Positions 1 through 12,326 of a stretch of 52,380 nucleotides of DNA are shown here, piece by piece. The stretch is from Girardia tigrina. Its lineage: Eukaryota. The stretch's first letter is position 1. Each line of letters opens with the position of its first letter. Position numbers and translations under genes: made by a program. The notes under the pieces were generated by a model. It did no database searches and was not told where the DNA came from. It was given only the letters and a program-made list of their open reading frames with translations. The stretch is taken from positions 13,200 to 65,579 of the forward strand of contig MQRK01196200.1 of assembly GCA_001938485.1 (NCBI GenBank), given 5' to 3'.

Positions 1-171
1 AATACATGTTTGCCATTTCTTTTGATTAATTTCCGCTGCTTCAAAATATCTTCTGCAGCGAGAAATAAATTTCTCAAGGTCTTCTCCGATCTGGAACATG
101 TCGGGAATCAGTCGGTTCGGGATTGAATCCGCTAGCGCTGCCACCATGTTAGGTTGGGAAATATCTTCCAT
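1..171 (-). mobile_element. Start of a Ty3/gypsy gag ORF (runs off the window) with a probable tRNA-Leu PBS at 136-146
   Basis: Minus strand is open: MEDISQPNMVAALADSIPNRLIPDMFQIGEDLEKFISRCRRYFEAAEINQKKW, a gag-like F..GED.EKF..R..RYF motif. ...AACA|TGGTGGCAGCG resembles an LTR end followed by the tRNA-Leu PBS (TGGTGGCAGCGGTGGGAT), 11 nt matching. Confidence 0.55.
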
Positions 172-364
172 TCTAAATCAAAACAAATTAACAACTTGCA
201 AAAATTTATTAATCTACAACAGTTTAAATTTGTTATTTAAACNNNNNNNNNNNNNNNNNNNNNNTTTTTTTTATTTCTATTTTCTATTATTTTTTTTAAT
301 TTCGATTATAATTCGAAATTTTTAAAAACCAAAATTCTTATTTCTGAAAATTAAAAAATTAACA

Positions 365-925
365 ACAACACTCTCTTACAGTAACAATCGATCATTTCTA
401 TGCCCCACGTTTTCGGTTAAGTATAAATTTCGCACATGTCTAGAAAAAAAATTATTTTCCTTTTTTTAGTGCATTGGTAATGCTTGAAAAACGGGGTTGT
501 TTTTATAAAAAATTTATTATTTAACTATTTAAAAATTATTTAACTATTTTCAGTTATCATTTAGGAATTCAAATCTTTCGATTGATTTCGAATAACAGAA
601 ATGATAATAAAACAAAAATGACAAAGTTTTATTTTAATAAAGGCAAGTTTTATTTCAAAATAATTTTTAAACCTAATTTTAATACTTCTACCCTTAATTA
701 TCACTTGATTTTCACAATATTTGTTCAATTTATTAATTTTTTCCGTACATCCGTAAAGTAAATGTTTTAAAATATTGTATTGTCATCGGAAGCAAGCCTG
801 TATAAAAAAATTCAACTCAATTGGATGACTGAAAGTGGTCGAAAAATCAATCGCATGATTTTTTCCAGACAGACAAACAGACAGACAGACAGACAAGAAA
901 CCAAGCTAAGAAAAACGTGGTAATA
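365..925 (-). mobile_element. DINE-1/HINE-like non-autonomous Helentron-type element
   Basis: Sub-terminal inverted repeats CCACGTTTT (405-413) and AAAACGTGG (912-920), a (GACA)n microsatellite at ~867-895 near one end, non-coding core. Confidence 0.45.
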
Positions 926-1817
926 ATAATTGTTGGTTTCTTGATCAATATTAGAATTTCATAATACCAAAAATTTATTAATAACACAATTAACAATTAT
1001 TCAAACAATTTTTAGTTAACAATTTTTGTTGTAATAAAAATTGTTGTTTTTAATAAAAAATTTTTTGTAGAAATTTTTTAATAAAAACTAATTTTTTCTA
1101 TCGTTTTCTTTATGACTAGATTCTTATAAAAATATGAAATTATAAATATAAATAACTGATAAGTGATTTTAAAATTGAAAATTTTTAATTCTATTTATTT
1201 GAAATTTTTTTAATTCTATTTAATAAAAATTTTGTTGTCATATTTTTACTAAATTAACCTTAATGATTTTTTATTATTTTAGAATTAGTTTAATGTTATT
1301 ATTTTTTTGTGAAACATTTCTAATTAATAAAGATTTTAACGTTTTATTTTTTTTCAATATTTACGAATTTTATTATTAATATTTAAAAGCATTTTTACCT
1401 ACAATTATTTTAAATACCATACAATTTAAATACCAAAAAAATAATTTTTAGTATTTTACAGTAATTAACAAATTTTATTATTATTACGATACGTTAATGA
1501 TAAAAGTCTTAATTAAATTTTTTTTACAAAACTATTTAGAATAATTTTTAAAATTATTACAACCTATTTTATCCTTGTACTTATATATTTTTTTTAATCA
1601 ATTATTTAAAAATTCATTATTTCCCAATTAATTTCATTTTAAGTTTTTTTCACTCTTCAAATAAAATTCGATTATTCTCGAAAATAACTTTTTTAAAATT
1701 AATTACGATATATTTTTAAATTATAAATGTTTAGACAACTTTTGATTTTAAATATTTACTTATTTCAAATATTATTTATAAAAATTATTTATTCAAAAAT
1801 TTAAAGGAATGAGCTTT

Positions 1818-4800
1818 TCACATGGGTCTTTCACATTCCTCCCGTTTTTTGAAAGTTTTGAATTTTTCAACATTCCTTATTATTTGTATATCATTTTTAT
1901 CCTTCAGCCTATAATTCCTATCATGGATCTTTTCTATGATTTCATATGGTCCCTCAAATCTGTCTTCGCCTTTCGTCCTTATTTCCTTCTGTATCCAGAC
2001 CATATCTCCAACCTTGTATACTCTTTTGGTCTCCTTTACTTCCGGGATGTTCTTTTCTTTTATTCTTTTTCTTATATCCTCTCGGTCTATTTTACTTCCA
2101 TTGTACCACTGTTGTCTGTCTATTTTCTTACCAAACACCACTTCCGCTGAACTGCACCATATTGATTTTTGTTTTGTTGCATTTAATGCGAATTCCACAT
2201 CTGGTAATATATCTGCATAACTCATGGCATTTCTTTCTTTTAAACTAGCTTGAATAAATTCTCGAATGGTCCTGAATTGTCTTTCGATTATTCCGTTTGT
2301 ATTGTGGAGGTATGGAATGGAGAAAATTATTTTAACGCCTTTATTCTCCAACATTTCTCTAACTTTTTTTGCCTCAAAACAATATTAATGCCTCAAAACT
2401 CTTACCACAATCAACATGTATCTCATTTGGTGCACCAAATTTTAATATCCATTTTTGTAATATTGTTTGTACAATTGTGTCTTCGTCCTGTCTCTTGATT
2501 GCCGTCAAGCTGATGTACTTGCTAAAATGGTCTATCATTCCGAGAATGTATCTTTCTCTTCTTACTGTTTCATGCCACGGTCCACATATATCCATATAAA
2601 CCTTTTCAAATATTTCTGACGCTGTTATTTTAACGTTTTCTTCCTTTGTCTTCGTGGCTATTATCTTTGTTTGTTGGCACTCTATACATGTTCCGACTAC
2701 CTCCTTTACTGTTTTCTTTTCTTCCTCTATATCAAACTTGTCCCTCAGATATTCGTATACTTTTTCTGCACCTGCATGACACAATAATCTATGTGTTTGT
2801 ATGATTAAATCGTTCCGTTTTTCTTTTAGTATCCATTCTTTTTGACCTGCTCTCGCTTGGCTCCTTGTAGTCACAGCTAATAATCTAGTCTTATTCTTAT
2901 CCTTTTTAGCTTCTTCATGTTCCATTTGACACTGGGTACACGTGTCGCAATTTCGTCTGGATAGCATATCCGCGTTGTTGTGTAGTTCTCCTTTCCTGTA
3001 TTCTATTTATATATTTAAACTACTCAAGTAATTCATCCACGTTTGGAATTGGGCTGTTAATGGTTTCTTTGTATGAAACATGAACGTTATAGCTTTACGG
3101 TCCGTTCTCAGTTTAAAATTTTTCCCGTACAAGTAATGATTGAAATGTTGGCAGAAATAAAAAATTGCCAAAAGTTCTTTTCTTGTTATGCAATATCCTT
3201 TTTCGTGTGATGACATTGAATGTGATCCATATGCTATTACTTGCTCGTGCCTAATTCACCTATCTGCAATAGTACCGCCCCTATGCTGTCAAAACTAGCG
3301 TCTGTATCTAGAATAAACTGTTTTTTGAAATTTGGAAAACTCAATATTGATGCCGTTATCAATGCTTTCTTCATGTCCTGAAAAGCTATTTCACATGCAT
3401 CTGTCCAAATTAATTTTTCTTTATTCGAGACACACATTCCTTCCAATATTTTAGCTTTCTTCGCATATCCATTTATAAACCTTCAGTAGTAATAGCAAAT
3501 TCCGAGAAAACTTCTTAAATTTTTGATACATGAGGGTCTTTGAAAATTCTCTATTGCTGCTATTTTTTCTGGATCAGTCTGTATCCCTTTATCATTTATA
3601 ACGTGTCCTAAAAATTTTACTTCTTGTCGTAATATTTTACATTTCGATGGTTTGATTCTTAATCCTGTCTCCTTTATTTTTCCAAATACTTCTTTTACTA
3701 CGTTATAATGTTCTTCCTTTTTGCTTGTTGCTATTAATATGTCGTCCAGATAAACTGATGGTCCCTTCTTTATCGGTTTTAATACTTTGTTCATTAGTTC
3801 CTGAAATGTTCCTGGGGCCGCTGCTATCCCGAAAGGCATCCGTTTAAAGCAGAATTGTCCTGATTTAGTGGAAAACGCCGTTTTTTCCTGTGATTCCTTG
3901 TCCAATTCTACCTGGTAATACGCGTTTCCTAAGTCTATTGTACTGAAATATTTGGTTCCATGTAGCCTATCCATCATTTCCGCTATATTTGGCATGGGGA
4001 ATGCCTGTCTCTTTGTAATTAAGTTTAACTGTTTGAAATCTAGACATAGTCTGATTTCATCCTTGTCTTTTTTCCAAACGCATACTATTGGTGTCTTCCA
4101 TTGTGAATTACATGGCTTTATTATTCCATTTTCCTCTAGATTTTTGATTGCTTCCTCAAGTTTTTCCTCTAAATGTACCGGCTGTCTTCTTGGTTTTATG
4201 TTTATAGGTCCCCCTGTTGTTTCTGTTCTGTGTCGTAACAAGTTTGTACAGCCAATATCCCAGTCGTTTGCCATGAATATGCCTTGATATTGGTGAATTA
4301 TCTCTTCTAGTGCTTTATCATTTCGCGTATCAATCATTTTCAATGCTTCTTTTCTTCGTTCTTCGTCTGTGATTCCTTTCCCAAACTTGGCCTCGATTTC
4401 ACATATGTTAATTTTACTCTTATCCTGTTGTTTATTTTCTTTCCATTGTAGCTCTATTTCGAATTCCTTCATTAATGGCATGCCCCCAATCATGCCTGGT
4501 CTTAAATTCTTTACTTTTATAAATCTTATTTTCTCTGATTTCTTCCCAATTTTTATCAATGCTTCTATTTCTCTTCTAACATCCATTTTTAATCCATTTG
4601 CTGCTGTAAATTTCTGATTTGTTTGTTCCATTCGTGTGCTCTTTAATTTCTTAAGTATTTCTTCTGTCATTGCGTTTAAGGCTGCACCAGTATCTAATAG
4701 ACATTCAATTTCTGTGTCCTCAATCATGACTCTGATACTTGGTTGACCCTCTAATCTGTTGTATACAATTGGTACATTTTCATAATTAGTTATTATCAAC

Positions 4801-5476
4801 AATTCCCTTTCATCATACGTGTCTTTTTTATGAATTTCGCAACTTTGTGACTTGTTTCTGGTTCCTGATAGAAGTTCGGCTCACTCATGAATTCTGACTT
4901 ATTTTCATTAATTTCATATTTTATGTTATTTATATTTAATTTATTATTTATTTTATTTATATTATTAAAATCATTACTACTATATATATATAATTGATAT
5001 GATCTGGTCTATCTTTAAGAAAACTTACTCCAATGCCAAGATCGGTTCATCGTCGTCTTGGCACGATTCGTTTTTTCTGTATGTTCTCGCTCTTTTCGGT
5101 ATTCTTCCTTCTCCATCATCGCGATCTGTTTTCCTCTTTTGAATCCTCTTCTGTAGTCGTCTGAGTTCCGATTTCCTGGACTTTTCGTTTGTGAATCTGA
5201 GAATTGTCGGCTATCTCTTTGGGTTCTCCTTTGATAATCCGTTCTTCCTTGAAATCGTTTAAATTTCGTTTATATTTTTTATTCTAAACTGGCTTCGATT
5301 TTTTCAATATTTTTTTCATCTTTAAGTCTAATATTTTTGCCCTGACCGGCTGCCATCCCTTTTTGACTGTTCATTTCCTACAGCTGATTATTATTTTTCG
5401 ATATTAGCCTCGAAAATTCGTGTCCTGCATTCTCTAACCCTATACTGTCGTTGATTTTATCCCTTTCCTTTATAGT
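1818..5476 (-). mobile_element. Degenerate Ty3/gypsy LTR retrotransposon (gag remnant, PR-RT-RNaseH-IN); 3' LTR starts at ~1835
   Basis: Protease LLDTGA, RT (IDLGNAYYQV, MPFG, YLDD), RNase H (DTDAS, RKELLA), integrase (HRLLCH..C..CQ, DICGP, NGIIER) and FEGPY, split over frameshifted ORFs 3483-4802, 3237-3446, 3007-3216, 2374-2967, 1818-2354. Polypurine tract AAAAAACGGGAGGAA precedes TG at 1835. Cut at the 5' end by the mariner at 5479. Confidence 0.93.
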
Positions 5477-5478
5477 TA

Positions 5479-6790
5479 CGAGGGGTGTCCCAAAAGTTCA
5501 CGGACTGAGAGAATATGGCGTGGTCACGTGTGTGCGTGACTGTAACGCGCGGTGTGTGTACGATGACATGAGGGGGGAACCAACCAATTGTAAATGAGGT
5601 GAACTATCCTTTGCTGCCCTTCGGCATGTGTGTGATATACAAATGTATTAATTTGTCATTTTTCTCTCTTGTAGTTAGTATGGAAGAGGCAGTGAAATCT
5701 CAACGAGCAATCATCTATTTCTGCTAGAAGGAAGACACCCCCACTGCAGATATTGTGCACGTTTACACCGCGTCTTTGGTGATTCCGCTATTGGATGAAC
5801 GGCTGTCTTTAAGTGGGTGAAACGATTCCAGGCAGGGCGTCAATCATTGGAGGATGATGAACGCAGTGGGCGACCAACAACGTCCGGATGTCAAAAAAAT
5901 GTGAAAGTTATCGAGGAAATCATTCTTGGTGACAGATGTCTCACTATCCGTGAGATAGCAGCTATTAGTGGCGTTTCTAAAAGTCAGGTGCACCGCCTCA
6001 TGTCAGAGGAGCTGCATATGAGGAAACTGACTGCTAGGTGGGTGCCGTGTCTCCTCAACAACGACCAGAAGGCTAATCGAAAGTCTGCTTGTCAAGAACT
6101 GCTGCAACTGGTTCATGATCTGGTGAGGCGTTCTGGTCACGGATTGTGATTGTGGACGAAACGTGGCTCCCGTTTTATCTTCCTGAAACCAAGGAGCAGT
6201 CCCGTCAATGGTGCCGCCCACGTGACAGACCCCCTTTAAAGGCGAAGACCGTCCCTTCAGCCGTGAAGGTAATGGTTACAGTCTTTTGGGACTGTGATGG
6301 GATAATTAACATTGATTACCTACCAAAGAGGGTCACTATCAACAGCGCATACTACGCAAACCTGCTCGACAAAGATCTGCGCAAAGCTCTCAAGAACAAA
6401 CGGCTGGGAAAGTTGTCATCCATCCCATTATTGCAACACTTCCCCATACAACGAAGTTGACTGTTAGTACCGTGCAACGATTGGATTGGACACTTTTGCC
6501 TCACCCCCAATATTTACCGGACCTCACGCCGAGTGATTATCATCTTTTCTCGGCATTGAAGAAACCCCTTCGAGGAAATCATTTTGCGAATTTGGATGAA
6601 ATGAAAACAGCAGTCAGTGCGTGGATTGCGGAGACACTGCGTATTTTCTTCGATAATTGTATTAGGAAGCTAACACCGAGATGGGGAATGTGTGTGAAAC
6701 TGAATGGTGATTATATTGAAAAGTTCGATAGCGATTCTGATGAGGATTGATCAAATTTGTTTCAATATATTGTATCATATATAATAAATT
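5479..6790 (+). mobile_element. Mariner transposon (irritans/Hsmar2-like TIR); transposase pseudogene ~5680-6750
   Basis: TA followed by CGAGGGGTGTCCCAAAAGTTC; motifs DDERSGRP, WVP, VDETW, HPQYLPDLTPSDY; frameshifts and stops; no right TIR found. Confidence 0.92.
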
Positions 6791-6829
6791 TTATATAATA
6801 TATTAAAACATTATTAAAAACAAATAAAG

Positions 6830-7670
6830 GAAAGATAAGATTAATACAATCAGCGGCACATTTCAAGGGTAGAACCGAAGGCCTTTTAAAAGAAACTACA
6901 TTAGTAGCAGCAATCATAATTTTGACATTATCAATAATTCACGAAATTACAACAATCTCGTAATTTCGCAAAAATTCCAAAGCTTGTAGAATAAAATTCT
7001 AAGCTAGTAAGAAAAACAGATGTATTTGGATTGAAAGTTGCTTTTCATAGGAAAGAAATTTTTTCCACCCATCAGTGGCCAACAACTCCCATTTTACACA
7101 ACGGTTTTCAAAAAAATCCTCTTTTAAATTTGTGGCAACTTTTCTATTTCACCACGAACAATATCACGATAAATTTAAGGGACGTTTAATCCTTTAACTA
7201 TGATAGGATTGTCAAAAAATTGTAAAGGAAAAACATGTTTGGAACAGTATAAATTTAAGACAGCTTTGGAGGTATCTGATAATGAGAAAAACGATTCTTT
7301 TTCAATCTTTGAAAAGTTAAAATTTAGAAGCGACTGTTGACTAGATGAACTTCTAATTTTTGTTTAAAGGTAAAAAACACAATAATTTATAAAAATCAAA
7401 TATTTATTTTATTATGGTGTTATTATTAACGACATTTTAAAAAGTTTGGTTAAAAATAAACAGTACAAAACAAAATAATTAAATAAATAATAAATAAAAT
7501 AATAATTAATTAAATAAATCAAACATTAATTTATTAGAATTTTAAAATTAACTACTTAGTCAGATATTTAGTAAGGTCCATGCCCGTACGGGCACGGGCC
7601 TCAAAATACGGACACGGACGGGCAAAATATTACGGGCAACGGGCACGGGCAGGGTACGGGCCGCACCCTA
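6830..7670 (-). mobile_element. hAT transposon 5' portion (TIR with sub-terminal ACGGGC repeats and a transposase remnant)
   Basis: The minus-strand end TAGGGTGCGGCCCGTAC is followed by many ACGGGC repeats (7580-7670). Minus-strand remnants LATDGWK and IIDNVKIMIAA...LKCAADCINLIF match the hAT D..TDNA.NM..CxxH pattern. Confidence 0.65.
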
Positions 7671-9179
7671 GGAAATAAATATAAATAATGGAAGAAAACC
7701 AAGAACGGTTCGTGCGGATATATCTCAATAAAAACGGTTTATATCCGGTAAATCCGTTTCCCGAAGAATATCCAAAGTGAATCTAAACCGAAAGACAAGA
7801 CAGTATTCGACTGAAACTCGACTGGTCTCAATGTCGCATGCCCAAACAGAGAAATCGGCACGGTTACACGAGCTACTTGCCGCAACCGCCTTTACCATCG
7901 TACAGTCGTAATGTTGCTCTCAGTCATTTTCCGCCTTTGGTGACCGGAAAAAAATATCATGAACTGAATTGAAGAAGACCGGTTAGAGAATCCGGGCCGG
8001 AAATTCCTTTTGATTAATGCCAAATCTGAGCATTATCCAGTTCTTAAATAATGACTTGAATGATTTCTAGAATGATCCATTCGATCAGAGATGACATCCC
8101 GGAATCTAGACAATGGAGATTCGATAAGAGAGATTATCAATTGGACTAGAATTGCTTTTGACACTTGTGCTTCAATGAAAATAAATATATTTTTAATTAC
8201 TTTTTTTCTTAACGTTTTGTTTATAAAAAGATATTTCATATGGAAAACTTATGATTATCGGGGTTTTTACTTTATCTGGGCTGATATATTAACCACCAGT
8301 TCGGTTCTTAAGCTGGAAGCTGAGTATAAATTTGATATATCCTCATCATATTCAAAGTTAAGTATAATGATTTTTAATTTTATATTATTAAATGGACATT
8401 TCATTAACTAATGGTCCTATATTATGTGTGCATGTTGTGTGTATGTATGTGTGTTAAGGGATGGAAAAACTTATTTTATATAATTTAGATTATCAAATGA
8501 ACATTTTACTATGAAATGGACATTTGAGTAGGTATATATTTTTTATAAGCATTTTAATTGGTTAACTTTGCATTATCTTTAAATTTTAGACATGGATTTA
8601 TTATCAAATAGATAATTCATATTAATGAATGGAAATAACTGTATATATATTATGAACAGAAATATTTTAGTCCTAGAAAATAACTATCGATATTTTTTTT
8701 TATATATTTCACGTCCTCAATTTGTAAACTTAGAATAAATTTTCTTTTTGTAACATGTTCCAGAAAAAAGTTTTAAAAATCGTTATCTTTCAGAATACGA
8801 TCATCATGAATGTTAATAAATGTACTGTTAAAGTCAAAAAATTTTAGTATCCAAAAAAATCCCATTTTTTAAATTGACAAACTTCATGCCTGGATTTAAC
8901 TATATCATATCTCCGACTTCTGAACCTCTATAAACACACTAACGTTGAATACTTATTCGAAAGTCGATTTCAGAAATTAGTTGAAATTAATAATCATTTG
9001 CAAATTTTGCTTTCATCCAAATCCAAGAGAATTATCTTGTAAGATCAATAATTTCCCGTTCTTTTAACCTCAAAATATGCGGAATTTATTCGTTCATCAT
9101 CTTTTTATGTATAATAATCTTCAAATATTTGTTCTTCGTCCTCGTTCATTTTATTAAATTTTAATTTCTGATCATTGTT

Positions 9180-9480
9180 CTGTATTCTAGATTTTCCATT
9201 GTCATGAATAGTATTCTGTATACTTCAGTTCATCAAACATGCCGCTTCAAGATGCCCATTCCGATCACATTTCTGACACCTAATCTCTGAACATCGGGTT
9301 TGCTGATGTCCCTCTTTTTCGTACAAAGAAGACTTCCATCACTGTTTGATACAGCAGTTTTGGTTGATGCGCAGTCTCTTGACTATTCAAACATAGAACT
9401 GGTCTTCTTTGTTGGAAATTTCTGCTGAGATTTTCCGGTCGACGTCATGTGTAGCATATTTTTTATCAGTTTTGAAGAGT
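9180..9480 (-). mobile_element. Gag remnant with multiple CCHC zinc knuckles
   Basis: Minus strand gives ...GHQQTRCSEIRCQKCDRNGHLEAAC, plus further degenerate knuckles upstream (KICYT...). Confidence 0.6.
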
Positions 9481-9542
9481 TTCCAAGAACTTTTCGATTT
9501 AAGGTAAATTAGTATCCAGTTATTATTTTCAAATATATTATA

Positions 9543-9725
9543 CTAGTAAATAACCCGTCATGTATGACGGATATAATTATATTTCATATTATCTACTTAC
9601 AATTGTAAGTAGATAATTATATTAATAATAATTCATATGGAAAATTATCATGAATAATTCTGCTAATAATAATTTTCCATATGAATTATTATTAATATAA
9701 ATATCTACTTACAATTGTAAGTAGA
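9543..9725 (-). mobile_element. Helitron 3' terminus (hairpin + CTAG|T) with adjacent TCTAC 5'-end-like motifs
   Basis: Minus strand reads CCGTCAT-AC-ATGACGG (hairpin), then GTTATTTA, then CTAG|T at 9546-9543. Confidence 0.6.
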
Positions 9726-9733
9726 TAATATGA
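9584..9733. repeat. Fold-back inverted repeat: 65-bp arms (1 mismatch), 20-nt spacer, each arm containing a perfect 24-bp palindrome
   Basis: 9584-9648 is the reverse complement of 9669-9733. ATCTACTTACAATTGTAAGTAGAT occurs at 9591-9614 and 9703-9726. Confidence 0.95.
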
Positions 9734-10878
9734 GCGTTAGTGAAGCAGTGAGTGACTTGGGCTTTTATAAGATAAGATAATTTTAAACTGAGTTTATATT
9801 ATTTTAAGTTCATATACAACTTAAGAAATACATTGATTTTTTTTTAAAATTTAAGTATTTATTTTTTTTAAAAAAGTATTACTTGACTTATGTTACTATT
9901 TTAGATATTGTAAATTTTAAAAGTTAATTAATTTTAACATAATTTAATATCAGATTCAACAAATACAATCATTATTGTTTCAAAATTATTCTAAATTCCG
10001 TCATCTTTTCGAGTTCCGTATTTTTTAAAAAAATATTTCTTTTTGTTATAATTTTTAAATTAATTTCGTCATTACTTCGTCGAAAAAGTTTCAATTTCGA
10101 TTGAAAATACATTTTTAAAATTTTTTAATAAAAAATCTTTAATATAATTTTTCAGATGTAAATTAATAAATTAATTTTTAATTTTTCTTTAAGAAAACTA
10201 TTTTTATGGGAAAATTTTTTTGTCCTTATTTATAAATTATGCTTAAAAAGATATTTAGATAAATTTAAAAGAAACACAGTAGAAACCGCTTAAAGAGAAC
10301 ATTTTTTGGACTTGAGAAAATGTTCTTTATAACTAATACTTCTCTTTAATCAATACTTTTTTATAAGGATAAATTTTAAAAAATATTCAAAAAATCTTAC
10401 TAATCTTTCCTTAACCGATTTCGATCTTTTTAATCCATTTATTGAAAAAAAGATTTTATTTAATTTTGTTTTTTATTTAACTATTTAAAAGAATAATTTA
10501 TGCACAATTAATCAAAAAATTTATTATAAAATAATTTATTTTCAATTTTAAACAAAAAAATCACAAAACTCAAAAATGAATTAATATAATATATATGTTA
10601 TAAAAGTCATTTATAATTAAAAAAAATAAATTTTAGTTTTTTAAATTTCTAAAAAAACATTTCATATACATAAAATATTATAATTTCATTAAATATTTCA
10701 TTACATTAAAAAATTTATCCGTATAACATTGAATATTGAAAAAAATATTTTTTTATAAGAATTAATATTTTGTTTTAAAATTATTTTATTATTAATTTTT
10801 TTTGACAAAATTTATAACAACCCATTAATATAAATTCTTATTTAATAAAGATTATACTAATAATTAAAGTATTAAATA

Positions 10879-11976
10879 ATGACAAATTCAGATGGAAAGG
10901 AAATTATCGATGGTTTAGATGAAGACAGCGAAAATTGCTTGTACGACTTCGAGTCCGAGGATGATATTGAGATTATTACCAAAGAACCAGAAAATGTACC
11001 TTTAGAACCATTGAAAAACAGTTGGAACCCTACAAATTACGCATTCAATAAATCTAGAATTTTACATCCAAAAGTCTCTTCAAAAAAAGCTTTTATAGAT
11101 CTAGATCATCCTGGAAATATCAATAATGTTTCTACAGTCGAATTCGATATACGAACTTTAAACAAAAAGCCTTGGGATGAACCTGGAGCAAATCTTTCCG
11201 ATTATTTTAATTTTGGTTTTAATGAAAACAATTGGATCAAATATTGCGAAGCTCTTAAACAACTTCCTTCAGATCAAACCACAAATATATTTAGTAAATA
11301 TAAAACAATTTGTGAAAAAAATATATTCAAAGATTGTCACAAAGAAAATCGAAAACAAATTTCAACATCTGACGAAAATCATAAAGATTACGAAGAAAAA
11401 CATTACAAAAAAGATACATGTTACAATGACGATAGAAATATAAAAGATACATATCGGAATGAAAGAATGGAAAAACAAAATCCGAAAAGAAATCACATAT
11501 CTGAAGACGAAAGAGATTATGAACGATCTTCAAAGAAAACAAAAAGAGAATGTGAAACATATATCAAATATAAAGAAAGCAATGATAACAAATCTAGTTA
11601 TAATGAAAAATATAAATCATCAGAATATAGAAATAACAGAGAAAATAGGAATGACATTTATGAAAAACACGAAGATCGAAGAAAGGAATCTAGATACAAT
11701 GGTGAAATGAATTACGAAAATAAACAGTATAGCTATGAGAGAAGAAACCACGAAAGAAAATATGATGACTATTACGATAGAAAAAAAATAAATGAAGATT
11801 ATGAAAGTAAAAAAGAATCTAATTATGATAAAATCAAAACCAAAGAAACTCATTATAATAATAGAGAAAAACAACCAGTAAACAAAAACTATAAAAATAA
11901 AGATTATAGAAAAAGCTATAATGATGACCTTTCCGATACAAAATATTCGACATCTGAATCCCGAAGACATCGATAG
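10879..11976 (+). CDS. FIP1: Single-exon pre-mRNA 3'-end processing factor FIP1-like protein (copy A)
   Basis: Open 365-aa ORF with an acidic N-terminus, the Fip1 motif IDLDHPGNIN...KPWDEPGANLSDYFNFGFNENNWIKYC (canonical [23 protein letters not shown]) and an R/E/D/K/Y-rich tail. AATAAA at ~12016. Confidence 0.85.
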   Translation: MTNSDGKEIIDGLDEDSENCLYDFESEDDIEIITKEPENVPLEPLKNSWNPTNYAFNKSRILHPKVSSKKAFIDLDHPGNINNVSTVEFDIRTLNKKPWDEPGANLSDYFNFGFNENNWIKYCEALKQLPSDQTTNIFSKYKTICEKNIFKDCHKENRKQISTSDENHKDYEEKHYKKDTCYNDDRNIKDTYRNERMEKQNPKRNHISEDERDYERSSKKTKRECETYIKYKESNDNKSSYNEKYKSSEYRNNRENRNDIYEKHEDRRKESRYNGEMNYENKQYSYERRNHERKYDDYYDRKKINEDYESKKESNYDKIKTKETHYNNREKQPVNKNYKNKDYRKSYNDDLSDTKYSTSESRRHR

Positions 11977-12326
11977 CAAGTAAGACCAGACAAAGATATT
12001 ATTTTAATAATTTTAAATAAAAAATTTTCTTTGTTTTTTTGACTTTTTTACTGTCATACTTTTTTACTCGTTAAAAAATTTAAAGAATGTGTTTACGCGA
12101 CAAACATTCATCCATTAATTACGTTTTTATATTTTTGTTTTATCAGGATGAAGAAAGCTATAAAATATAGTTATTAATAAATACGATGACCTATACATTT
12201 TCAAATTTTGACCTAAAAATTTGACATTTTTTGACTCAAAACTAGAAAAATTTACTTATTTTGACCTAAAAAATTTTATTAATAATATAATAGACTAAAA
12301 AATTGTTTGCACGTCACGCTCCAAGA

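Noticed and set aside
11177-11979. Overlapping and antisense ORFs on the FIP1, RING and pol genes
   Set aside because: Shadow ORFs caused by A-rich low-complexity coding sequence; no motifs.
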